Below are positions 47,001-58,590 of a stretch of 64,000 bases of DNA, piece by piece (within the stretch, counting starts at the first letter, position 1; the number at the start of each line of letters is the position of its first letter). This DNA is from Klebsormidium nitens. Its lineage: Eukaryota > Plantae > Klebsormidiophyceae. The notes beneath the pieces were generated by a model. The model did not search any database. It saw nothing but the letters and a program-made list of their open reading frames with translations, and was not told the DNA's origin. The DNA lies in NCBI GenBank assembly GCA_000708835.1, contig DF237051.1, forward strand, positions 139,037 to 203,036, in the 5' to 3' direction. Made by a program: the position numbers and the translations under genes.

Positions 47001-50000
47001 CTGTCCATCTCCACCTGAAAATCGGCGACGCTCTCAGCGTCAGCAAGCGCAAGGACCAGGCTTGGAGCAAGCATAGTGAGCGCACTGGCAAACTTTGAAA
47101 AGAGAGTGGCAGAAGAGAGTTGCATGTATGGACGACCCTTTTCCGCCGCCCTGAGACTTCAGCAGCACTCAGTGTGCTTTCTCTGATTGACGCCCATTTT
47201 CAAGATGCACAGAGACTTGGGTGCCCCAAAACGAGGAATGTACACAGGGTGTTATCACTACCAGAGGTTTTGAATCCGTTTTCTATTACGGTCCTTTTCG
47301 AGCATTTGCCAAGGTGCGGGTCAAATAGGAGGCCGCACGCAAAGTGGGCGAGTATAAAACCCGACTGTCTTCCCCGTACGAATTCAATAGCAATGTTGAA
47401 CTCGTTTTTAGTCTGTGCACTCCTGTGGATAAGACGCCGCAACCACTTACGGGGATGAGAACCTTCTCCTTAGTGTGTGTATACATGGCCACTTCTGCGT
47501 GGTCTTCCCCTCGGTGCTCTATGCGGGAGATGCGCAGATTGTTGATCACGTTCTGGATGGCATTGAAGTCGGCTGCGAAAAAACCCGCCGAGCTTCATCA
47601 GATACGCATGGGAGAGCTTATAGAAGCGTCCTTCCGGATGCATGCGCAGGGTGTTGAATACGTTCGTAAGGTGTTTGCTTGGAATGCACAGCGCTTCACT
47701 GTGTACGTATTGGCCGCATTTGTTCGAACGTGTTGATTCTCCGACTGACAAGTCGCAATTGGTCGTCCCCTCGGCAATGGATTGCGCTGCCCCTCCTTCC
47801 TTCAAAGCTTGGTGTGAAAGGATCAGTACTCCACTTTCAGCGCCAGCCAGATCCTTGGAGATTGTTGCCAAATCGAACGAGAAAGAAGCGGATGAAGTGA
47901 GTGCTCTGAGATGCTCACACCCAGGCGTGGCGGTGAGAGCGAGGATGCGGTACCGCGCCCTTATGCTCTCCATCTGCGGACGACAAAGTGACGCTAAAAT
48001 AAGAAATTGGCCAATACTGTAAACCCTTGCAGAAATGCCTCGTACGCTTGTTCTCGATTACTCAACCACGCGACTTCACCACAGTGCTGAGCGGTTGTGC
48101 AACCAGCTTTCAAAAGCGGTTATCAGTGAAGCTCTTGAATCCTCTGCTAGCCCCTCGGCAGTCCTGATCCTGAGACACGGAGTCTGTTAAGGCAGGAGAA
48201 GTATGCCGTCAATCGGTAGGAAGCAGCAATCACGATACTTGCGCAGATACTTGTTGTCAGACAAAGGTTAAGCTTCAAAGCGATTGCTACTTAGAAAGGC
48301 CTCACCTCTCGGATGATGTTGCAGTAGGAGTGGTTTCCGGTGGCTCTGTGCGCTTCGTCGATGACTATCAGAACGACGGACTCGCGAGGACAAATGCCTG
48401 CAGTCAGAGAAGAGATTTGTTGGCGTTCTAAAGAGAGTCTGAGAATCAAGAGAAACTGTCATAGAACGAGACTGGCATAGCACTGGCGTGGTGGCCAAGC
48501 GACAGAGTGTTCATCGTTGCTGTGGTTGATGAGAGCAGAATATGCATCGTCTCAGGTCTAATGCTTCTTAATGTGAGGGTTCATCACGAGTATTTGGACG
48601 ACGGATGCATTCTCGGCCTTGTTGCACGCACAGGGATACTCGTTAGCTTCGGAAGCTGCGAATTCATTCACACCTCAAAGAAATCCTGCAAACTGCTTAG
48701 GGTCGAGATGAGTCGTCGACCAGTTGTTCACCCCTCTTCGACGGAGCACTCAGCACCCAATTGAAGTCCAACCCTTACTTTCTAAGTCGGGAATGTTGAC
48801 CAGTTGCAAATCCCCACTTCAGGGCCAGGTAATCGGAACACAGACTGATTCAAAACCCTGGAAACGGCAACAAGTTGCGGACAAGAAAGAGTTCGTGGCC
48901 AGACGATGCTCGCCTGTGTACAGGTCTTGCTCCAGGGTTTGCGGCGTGAGGAAGAAGACGCGCTTCTCCTGCCACAGGCCTTTCCGAACTGTCGGTGCAA
49001 CTGCTCCGGTCATCTCCGAAGTGCTCTCCTGCAAGAGGTCAGCCCAACGGTGTGAACAACGTTATCACGCTTCAACGCTTCCAAAGACGAGGTTGAAAAC
49101 GGTAGTTGCGCTTCTTGCTTGCGGGGAAACTGGTGAATTCACGTTCCCATTTCAGAAGCCAAGGTTGGAAGTTTGGACTCCCTGCCTGAGATTGCTTGTT
49201 CAGGGCGCATTTGTTGGCTGCGAGCTGGGATACTACGTTTCCGCAAGCTTTGACCTTGCCATTTGGTGAAAGAGCCAACTGGACACGGTTCGCCGATTGT
49301 GAATGTTACTTGTGACTTGCAAGTAGACACGGATGTACGCGCCGTGATTGACAGCTTCTCTCTTTCGTACCGTTTCAGGCTGAGGTTCTGAAAAGAAGCC
49401 GCAGCAAATACGGCAGTTACAGGTTATACATCGGATTGTACAGCTGCCGCAGGTTGTAACTGCAGATCCTTGCACTAAACATCACGTGGCAGCTCGTTGG
49501 AACCGCGGCTGAGCTCACCTGCGGGATGCCCATGATCCCATAGCAAGCTTCGACTTGCTGATTGACCAGGGGCTTCGACGGCGCCAAGAACACGACCTTG
49601 CCTGCAACAAATTACAACAGGATCAGCTTCTTGAAGATGGGAACGGGAAAAGAGGAGCGGTCGTGGCAAACCTGGCCTGCGCGCCGCTACTTGCCTGGCT
49701 GACAACCGTGCTCTAAAGGCTATATAACACGACACTGCCAACAGTACATGAACAGCAATGCTCATGCTGTTGTCTGCTTCTTGTGTGCAATGCTTAGCAG
49801 GTAATGTTCCCTCAGGCCAGGTTGACGCTTTCCAAATCTTTGACGCAGGCACGCACCAATGAGTGGAGGCAAGGCCATGCACATCTGAACCACTTCGCAC
49901 ACTTACTGCCACTGCTGCTTCAGTCCGTACGCTCTCGTGGAGCGTGCAAGCTCCTGTTCGTACCTTGAGATGAGTCCCCCTTCCCCTTCAAGTACCGTGA

Positions 50001-51654
50001 CGAAAGTGTTCACGATCAGGCCAGATGGACATGTTTGGCTTGAGGAGCTCGAGTCCGACCTTACCCTCTGGGAACCAGCGGAAGTAGTTGTACATGAGCA
50101 CGGCTGCAATGAAGGTCTTCCCCAGCCCTGTGGGTAGCGACACCAGCACGTTCTCGTACAGGGCGCGCGCCACGACCTGGTACTGGTACTCGCGCCGAGA
50201 CACATTGCCTGCACGTGGTTAGTGAATCGGGTTAGTTTAACCAGAGTCCAGTGACAACGTGGTCATGTGTGGCCTTCACAAGCTAGCAACAGTAAGTATG
50301 CTCCAAGTTCGGGTTGGTTTGACAAGGGTCACCTTTTCCCTTTTGAAGATCTGCGACCAGTGCCCTCTTCGGCGCAGACCGTGGGGCGGCATGGAAAAGG
50401 GCAGGTTCAGCTAGGAACTAGCCCCGATAAAAACGACCAAAAGTGTGCTGAGAAAGAGTGTGCTTAACTCATGGTGTTGTATTGGCTACCAGAAGGGACA
50501 CAAGCAGATTTCAAAAGTAGATTGCTGCATCATTCTTCTCTTGCTCGGGTGCTCCTCTACGGAGATGCTCGCCGCTTTTGCAACGAACCGACATACTTTC
50601 TGCGTCGTTTGCCCGTTTTTCAATTCCCGGACTGTAAGATCCTGATCTACAACATGTGGGAGTGTTGACAAAAACAACATACTCAAGAAAATTGCAACTC
50701 TAAAACAAATTTACCAGGATAGATCCAGGTGGTGGCCGCCTCTGGATCGATTGGCACCGCTTCCGGCGCGGCCTCCTCCTCTCTCCGTGCATTCTCTTCC
50801 TCAGCAAGCGCGCGCGCGTCTCCGAACGGCCGCTGCGCTGGGCCGCTTTCAAAGAATGATGTCAGCGGCCTCTGCACCGCGTTGACTGGCACCCTGATTG
50901 TGCGCAGTTGGGAAGCGTTGGGGGCATCGTGGCCCCAGAGAGCAGTCTGAAGGTTAGCCTGAGGAGGTAGCTCGCCTTGGTGGATCCGGTCGATCTCTTC
51001 CACGGCGGCGGACCAGTCGTAGTCCTGCAAGTGTGCCAGTTTTCGTTAGAGTTTCCAGGCTGCGGAGTGTGCTCACTTGCTGAAAGCTATTGATCGCCCC
51101 ATGATCGTGTGAGTTTTAAGGTAGAACCTAGGATCTCCAACTCTGAAAAAAACTGCCAGTACTTTGGATGATGCGGATAAGTGCCTCGGCATACAGGCAC
51201 TAGAGCAGCCCTTTCCTCCTCTAATAAGTAGACAATGGAAAAGGAGTGTTTGTTGTCTTTCTGATGAGAATGCCAATTTCAAGTGGTGAGAAAGCCAATT
51301 GTTGAATGCACATGTGGCAATGAGTTTGCATTCGTTCTCAAACCTATGGGATACCACAGACAGAGCAGAGTCCGGATGGGTCAACTTTAGGATTTCAAAG
51401 AAGCGTCAGGGAAGTGGCATCATCAAAGGCTTTCTGAGAACACGTGAAACAAGTGGTTACGCAGCCCTCAACAATGCATCATGTAAAAGTGGCCACTTCA
51501 ACAAAGTCTCAAAAAACCACTCGCGTGCGTCACTCTTATTTTGACTCCTCAAGAAGTCAAATTGAACCCATGATTGCGTCACAATATGGAGAGGCTATGC
51601 TGCGCAACTTACGTCATCGTCGTCTGCATTCACAGAAGCTGCTTCAAATTCCAT
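35071..51654 (-). CDS. FANCM: FANCM/Mph1 DEAH-box DNA translocase, ~17 exons
   Basis: N-terminal [14 protein letters not shown]|[12 protein letters not shown]. Helicase motifs [100 protein letters not shown]-terminal plant-FANCM-like motifs [31 protein letters not shown] and PSFDLGL*. Large exons at ~43410-39134 and ~38600-37528. Confidence 0.93.
39270..39680 (-). repeat. In-frame tandem repeat in FANCM, ~4 x 108-111 bp (36-37 aa)
   Basis: Unit [17 protein letters not shown](I/V)[14 protein letters not shown](H)Q. The GGCGAC anchor recurs at 39295, 39406, 39514 and 39622. Confidence 0.9.
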
Positions 51655-53328
51655 CTGTGTTGCTCTCATGTGACCAACATTTGGACCCTAAAGGCATCCC
51701 GCATTGGGCCCGCATTGAAACCCTAAACAAATTCTTAATGTTGAACACGCACTTGCCACTGCTCTCTGGTGTGGCTCTGATAAGCTTGCGCTGAACACCT
51801 GTCCCTGCATAAGCCTGGAGTCCATGCAACGATTGGTGTGAAGCAAATAGGCCTGCTTTGGCCCTATCGATCCTTCCTCAAAAAGCCAAGATGTTGTTGG
51901 TTTTGACCTTGAGACAACTCCTAGCCACCCCATTGGCAAAGCATTTGACCAACAGCCTCAGCAGTGAGCCGAGGACGCGCCCACAATCGTTCCCCCTTTG
52001 CCGGCTGTCTTGCTTCGTGAATCGTACCCGTCGTACTCATTTCAAATTTGAATGCGTCACTAGCCGGTGTCGTATACGGCGTCGTATCGAAACTGAGACC
52101 GGAACGCTCCTAGCGATACTAGGACCTATCCTATAGATCAGTTCCGGTCTGTAGTCGGCCGAGTCTTGCTGTAGCGCTCCTTCGACGACGTAAAATCTGA
52201 ACAAGCAATCAGGGTTTGAATTTTGCTTGGAGAACACGTTGTATAGGTACTTCAATGCAGGCATGCAAGAGGCGAGAGGCACGGCTGGAGAAATGGCAAT
52301 TGGAGCCGCATGCGGCATGGGGATGTTGCAATGGCCCGCCGGATCTTATAGGCTGAAAATCATGCATGGAGTCACTACTAAGGGTCGGTGCGGCAAAGGG
52401 TCGCGGAGCGTTATACCGGTATTTGTCGCGTTTCAATGGTACTGTTAAAGGCGTGATTTGACAAGAGATATTGAAGAAGGGCATGCACCATTGTGTCTAA
52501 TTAGGACAACTAAGAACAACCCGGCGTCGCCAGAATGTATAACATCATATTGCTGCATGAGTCATAAAATTTGAGCCTTCGTGGGTTTTGAGTGATGACT
52601 TCGATCACTGGGATGCGCGTGCGGCATGTGATCATCCACTGCCAAAATCATATACAAGCTTACAATCGAGTAGTTTCGATCATACAGCGCTGTGGAACAC
52701 AGGACTCACACTGATTAGATCATGCTGCATTTCTGTTGTATGTCACGGAGATACTTAACCCATCGTGCAAACATGTCGGACGAAAGCATACTCCGATCAA
52801 TCATAGCTGATCACAACTGATCTGCCTAATTAGCCTCCTTGTATTGCTCATATGGCACACCGGATCTGACCATCTTCAAACAAAAGCATTAACCGCACGC
52901 AATTTGATGCCGTTGTTGCTGCTATTACACACATGGCAATAAGGCACCCTGTTTGCGGCTTCAAGAAGTTTACATTACCATGAAACTTCACATAGCAAGC
53001 TGGAAAGCCGCCTAGACTCATAGAATGTTCTCTCAGGTGACTTCTTGTAGTCTCAAAGTATGATGGATGATGTCCTTGTAGAGATTGTAGCTAAATGTTT
53101 GTCAATCGGCATGGCAGAGTCCTTGAGGTTACTGTCGTTACTGTCATAAATCCTCGAAAACTTTGCACACAAGATCGTGAGGAAAGCTTGGGTGACCAGA
53201 TAAGAACAACGGCCTCAGCCGCTCAAACAAAGTTTCTCCCTCAGGTCACGTCATCTACCAAAACACGGGCGCTCAAGAAACACACCATAATACAATTCGC
53301 AATCCAGTCTAGCTTAAACTGCTTACGC

Positions 53329-56300
53329 TCATGGGATGTAGAACTTGTCACCCGGGTAAATCCGGTCTGGATCCTGAGTGACTTCGATGTTGTGGTCGTA
53401 GAGCTCATCCACCGACAGTCGGAAGCACCCGGCAATCGAGCAGAGGGTGTCGCCCTCCTTGACCTCGTAGAACTTGGGCTTTCTTTTGCTGTTGGCGACC
53501 ACAAATGCGCCAGCCGCTATGGCGAGGGCGCCACCCAAAAGAGAGCCCAGCGGGCTGCCCTTCTTCTTGCTCTTTCGGGGCTTCGGCTTGGCCTCTGAAT
53601 AACGAGAGACCAGCAGGTAAGCAGACGGACGAGGACCGAGGAGATATAGGCTCTATGCACCGGTTTCATTGAAGCAGCCGGGTCTTTTAGTCCTTGAAGC
53701 ATTGTCCTTGACACAAGATGCAACACGTCAGAATGGCAATTCTATCGATCCACTCTGTTGACGCTTGGGTTTTACGAAACGAGCAAACACAAGAAGCGAC
53801 TAGTAAGGGAGTCTGCTTTCCGTTCAGGCCTCCCTCCTCTAACGGTAAACTTCCTTGAGATGGTCGTAGGCCTCAGACAAAAAGCCGTAAAGTTTAATTT
53901 TGTTACCCCGGCCAAAAAGTTGCGTCCTAGAGCGCATCTCGCAAGCGACCAGCTGACGGCGCTGCTAACGTCTTTCTTTCTCCTATTTCATAAAAAGACG
54001 TTCGGGGACTCGGCATTCAACCACGATGAACCCCCGATTAACTAAGGTCACTGCAGATACCACGTGCCACAAGGACCTACTGAATCAGACTCCTCGTATG
54101 GTCATACTCAAAAGGTTTTCGGAATGGAGACTCGCCAGATGGCGGTATTCTGAATGTAAAAAGTAGCGAAGGATGCTGCCTGTCAAGATTAGCTGCTTCA
54201 CGGCTGATGATTGTGCAGGTCCCAGCGTTAAAACTCGTCCAAGTTATTTCCAAACAATACAACGACCTGACGTTTGCGCTTGGCAGTGTAGATCACGGTC
54301 GCAGTGTGCAGGACTCGGAAGGTCAGTGCATGCAAAAGAAGCTTACCTAAAGAGCATCAATACAAGCCCGGGTAGGAACGGCCTTGGCACAGTCCAATCC
54401 CCGGCAGCAAAGGAGCCCTACTGCTTATTCTACATCATCGAGATTGGGAGAATTGATCGCATAGACAGGAAGCATATCAAAATACGACGAGAATTGGAAA
54501 CATGGAGAAATGCAAAAAGAAAAACAAACTCTGGTATCTCACCTTCCTTTACGCCGTTTGCTTGCTCCAGATGAGGGGGCGGTGGCGGAGCTGTGTAGGT
54601 CGTGGTGGTTTCAGGAACAATCACCTCCTGCTTCACAACGGCGGGCTCGGCAAACACCTCCTCCTTAACGATAACCTCCTGTTGGAACAGAGAAGCAGAC
54701 ATTGTCAGGGAATCCTCGATTTCCCTCTGATCGCTGAATTTAACCAGCGAATTATTTTTGGAATGCATAGAAGCAGAAAACGGCAGCGTTCCCACTCTTT
54801 TCAACGTTCTCATTGTTTTCGAGCCTGACGCTTCAAAATCTGGGAAATCGTACTTCAATGCGCTTGAGTGTGATCTGCAACAAGAAGTTGGTTTGCCCTG
54901 CAGATACAATCAACTTCCTGATAAGCTTCGTCAAAGTCAACCGAATATTGAGCAACCAACTCTACGACCAACGCTCGTTCTTAAAGCTGCTGGGCACCAA
55001 GTTACAACAAGGAAATCGGAAAGCTGGATGAACGTGGCACTACATCACCATTTTCCATTATATGGTTTGGGCCGTTTTAATTTCAAGTCGACCTGAGAAG
55101 CTCGGACAACCGTCCAGTATACCCGCCAGGACTGAGAAGTGAGGGCTCATCAGAAGACCAACCTCACAAATATGGCAACACAAGCCACTGGTTCAGCCAA
55201 AACCGACTGAGACGAACGACCCGAATGCCTGAGGTGCAGACACTAGATAGAGACGCCGTGAGTACATATCACAATTTGCTTTAAGCCCACAGTTTACGAA
55301 CGGCTACAAGAACCATAGGGTCATAGATACCACCTTCGGGGGGTCCCTCGTGGCAATCTGCGTCAACTTCTCCGCGCCGCTCGGGTCGTTGTTTTCGATC
55401 TTCTGAATCGCCTCCTTGACACTCGGGCTCACAGTCAACGAGGGGCCGGTGGTGCCCCCTACAACAGCGCCATTCCCGTTTGCAATCGAGTCCGGAACTG
55501 AGGAGATGGACGACGCGGGGGAGCGCGCGTCCGAGGAAGTTATGGACGGGCTGGGAGACCGCACGGAGTCCTTGGGCGCAATGAAGCGCAGCACGAGGCA
55601 CACCTCGCCCGCCTCGGCCCCAGCGGCGTCCTGGACCTTGTACCTAGAGAAAAGAAACAAATATTGACACATTGATTGAACACCAATTTCAATAGGAACG
55701 ACAGACTGCAGAACACAGCACAATTCCACAGCCGCGCTACAATGCATTGGGCCCGTTGGATCTGGCCTGGCATGACACGCGGCCTACATTGCCCCATGTA
55801 GTCCAGTCAACCGCAGAAAAGCTTAAGAATCAGGGTATGACAAGATTAACCACTACGAAAATCCCTCACCGAATCATAGGTAAACCTCATCAAATCCGAC
55901 CACCGAGATAAGCTGGGGGAACCAGCATCACGAGCTGGTGTTTGAAGCGACAGGCACAAAGCTTGAAGACATGAAAGTAATGGTTCTTCCATCCAACTGC
56001 ATGCCGACGCATGTCCTACCAGCAAACACCACAATCAGCTAACGCACTCGGCAACTACACTCCGACAACACTGAAGAAGGTGCAGTAGCCGGCTGGCGAT
56101 GCTAACCAATGCACCGTGGTGCCCGCCGCGATGATGTCAGCGATCTGGATTGTGGTGGAGCCGATGTCCTGCTTGCTGGCGTCATCACCAATGGCAACCT
56201 GAGAGACGAGACAGTAAAGGCCTCAGCAAAAGTGAATAAATTAGTGCACAGAATATCTTTGCAAGTTCGTTTTCAACTGGAGACAAAGCAGACAAAACAG

Positions 56301-57895
56301 TGTTCTATCTCAGGTGAGGCGAAGGCGTTGCTTGTCAAATCTTCTAAAAGCTAAGTCGGACCCAGTTTACTGTGACCAAAATCCAGCTGGAACCATAATC
56401 CCGATTCGAGTCCAAGGCTCTGCCATCGTATTTGTCGTTCTTTTTGCGCGTGTGAGTGGCACCATCAAGCAAGGCGTTAGGATCTGAGCCCGTCTACCTT
56501 GCCCCACGCAAACTTGGAGCCTGTCAATGCAAACCGCGGTGCCACTGAACAGTGCCGCTTACACTGTGGCCCTACTCTTTCTTATGCCCCCACTCACTTC
56601 CTGGCACCCGAAATTCTACCCGTTAAACTTCCCAGAGGTTGAGAAGTGACCAAACCGAACAAATGTACGGAAGGCGTCAAAAAGCTACCCTGCCATGCTA
56701 CTATTGCGTTGCGCATCTTCAACTGCAACAATCCACAGGCTACAAAAGAACGCACCACTCACCACCAAATTTGGCTTTGTGACAGGGACTGGGAGCTTGA
56801 AATCCTTGACCCATTTGGGAGCCAGAGTCCCCTTGAGTGCGTCAGTCCGCACCTGCAGGTAATTGTCAGCCATGTTAATGTACAAAGTTCTCAATCGGTT
56901 TGTGCTCCATTCCCTAGCAAGATGCTAAATTGCAAGAGCATACTCCCTGTCGTCATGTTTGTTGGGCCTAATCGAAATGGGTCAATGGTAATCTCTCCTG
57001 CAGCCAGCACAAGAATGAACGCGACATATTCTTCTTCTGGGTAATTGGCCGTGCGCGACCTCCTTTGCTCGGTGTCTTGCTAGTGCCTCAACATTTCTCA
57101 AAATATGCTCCAGGTGCAAAGTTCGCACATTTGCCTAGGGTTATGGGAGAAGGCATATTGCCATGTTAGTGTTCTCTGACTCCAGTTTGCCCACTATGAT
57201 GAGCGAATTACCCGCAGCTCGTAGGATTTGAAGTTGCTGCTGAGCATTTCTTACAGCCAACTCAACAATCAAATCCGTAAGCTCCTTGAAAATGCAGCCT
57301 CCTTTTTCAATGAAACTCGCAATGCATGTCAACCATTTGCAAGTTTCAAAAAGGAGCTTCTTTTGCAAACGGATTTGCAAATTCCATTAATCAAACACAT
57401 GCAAACTCCAGCCAGACCCTCAGCTGAAAAGTTTCAGGGTCCCAAAATAAGCTGACCCTTTGTCCTAAGTTTCGTTCCGTGCAGCAAGTTTCGAAACAAC
57501 GCTCTAGATTTGGTCCCAGTCTTTGCCTTTCAGACTTTATAAAACATGCCATAACCCGAGCTAAGTTTCGCACTACTTGAGCCTCTTACCAGCACGGCCA
57601 GAAATCTTCTCAACACCACAAATCTCCAGGACAGGACTAGGTACTCAAACTCAAAAACACACTCACTTACTTCCAAACCTTAACATAACCAGCTGCCCTG
57701 CCTTGACAACGCAACCCTGTAAACAGACGCATGAGCAACTACCTAAAGATATGAAATTTCAATGAAAGCAGCCCTCACCTCCTGCGTGCCCAAAGTCAGG
57801 CGCACGTACGGGTCAGCAGAAGCAGCGCCCCCTGCCGCCTTCAACCCCTTCCCCTCAACAACCGACACCTGCAGATTCCCTGCCTTGGTAGCCAT
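53329..57895 (-). CDS. C2 domain - S/T/P-rich linker - hydrophobic helix - C-terminal LysM protein
   Basis: Exons ~57895-57779 (LQVSVVEGKGLKAA..ADPYVRLTLG), ~56857-56768 (VRTDALKGTLAPKW), ~56205-56110 (VAIGDD..IGSTTIQI), ~55640-55335 (YKVQDAAGAEAGEVCLVLRF), ~54680-54543 and ~53595-53329. The last exon encodes LLGGALAIAAGAFVVA followed by LysM YEVKEGDTLCSIAGCFRLSVDELYDHN...DPDRIYPGDKFYIP*. Confidence 0.85.
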
Positions 57896-58590
57896 TGACA
57901 GGCTCTTTAGAGCTCACCTATCCTTCCCGCAACACACTGCGTTGATCAAATAACCTCTACCAATTGAGCACTTAATCTACCACTTCGCTATCTTGGAACT
58001 GAAATCCTCCGGTCAAATTGCATAGAAGCAATCTTCAAAACGAGCAGTCAGCTGCGCAAAGGATAAGAGCGCCTTTCACTGTGAACGTTTTCACAGCGAC
58101 ATCTCCGCTTCCACCTTGAGCCTGTCTGCCTCTTCCTTCTGTCCCCTGAATCTCAGATCTCTCCTTCCGGAAGTTTTCTCTCGGGCCAGAATGCAGCAAA
58201 TTCAACCGCCGTCTCTAGATTCGACGGGTGTGCTAACCGAGAATTTGTCGTGTTTCGACCATTGCTATGTTGAGGCAGAGGATGCCACCCCGTGGAATAC
58301 TCAGCTTTGCGCCCCACCTCCTCAGCGGGTTTCAACCTGCAATCTGTACAACCCGGAGATTCGAACATTTCGAATCGAAGCAAAGAGGTGGTGCAGTTCT
58401 GGAATCAGCAAGAAGCTAGAATTGGAGGCTGTTCAGCCAGCTGAAACCATTGCTGAACCAGAAAAGTGATCCAAGTTCAAAGGCGGAAAGGAGGAGGAAC
58501 CAAGCAGAAATTGGAGGAGTAGATAGCTGGAGCGCTGCTTGAACAAATCTGTACTCATCAGCTTGTCGGGTGGAGAGATCTATCCCGATC
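57896..58590. promoter_or_regulatory. Short divergent intergenic region (candidate bidirectional promoter) between the C2-LysM and UBP1 genes
   Basis: Head-to-head start codons ~700 bp apart. No specific motif identified. Confidence 0.35.
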
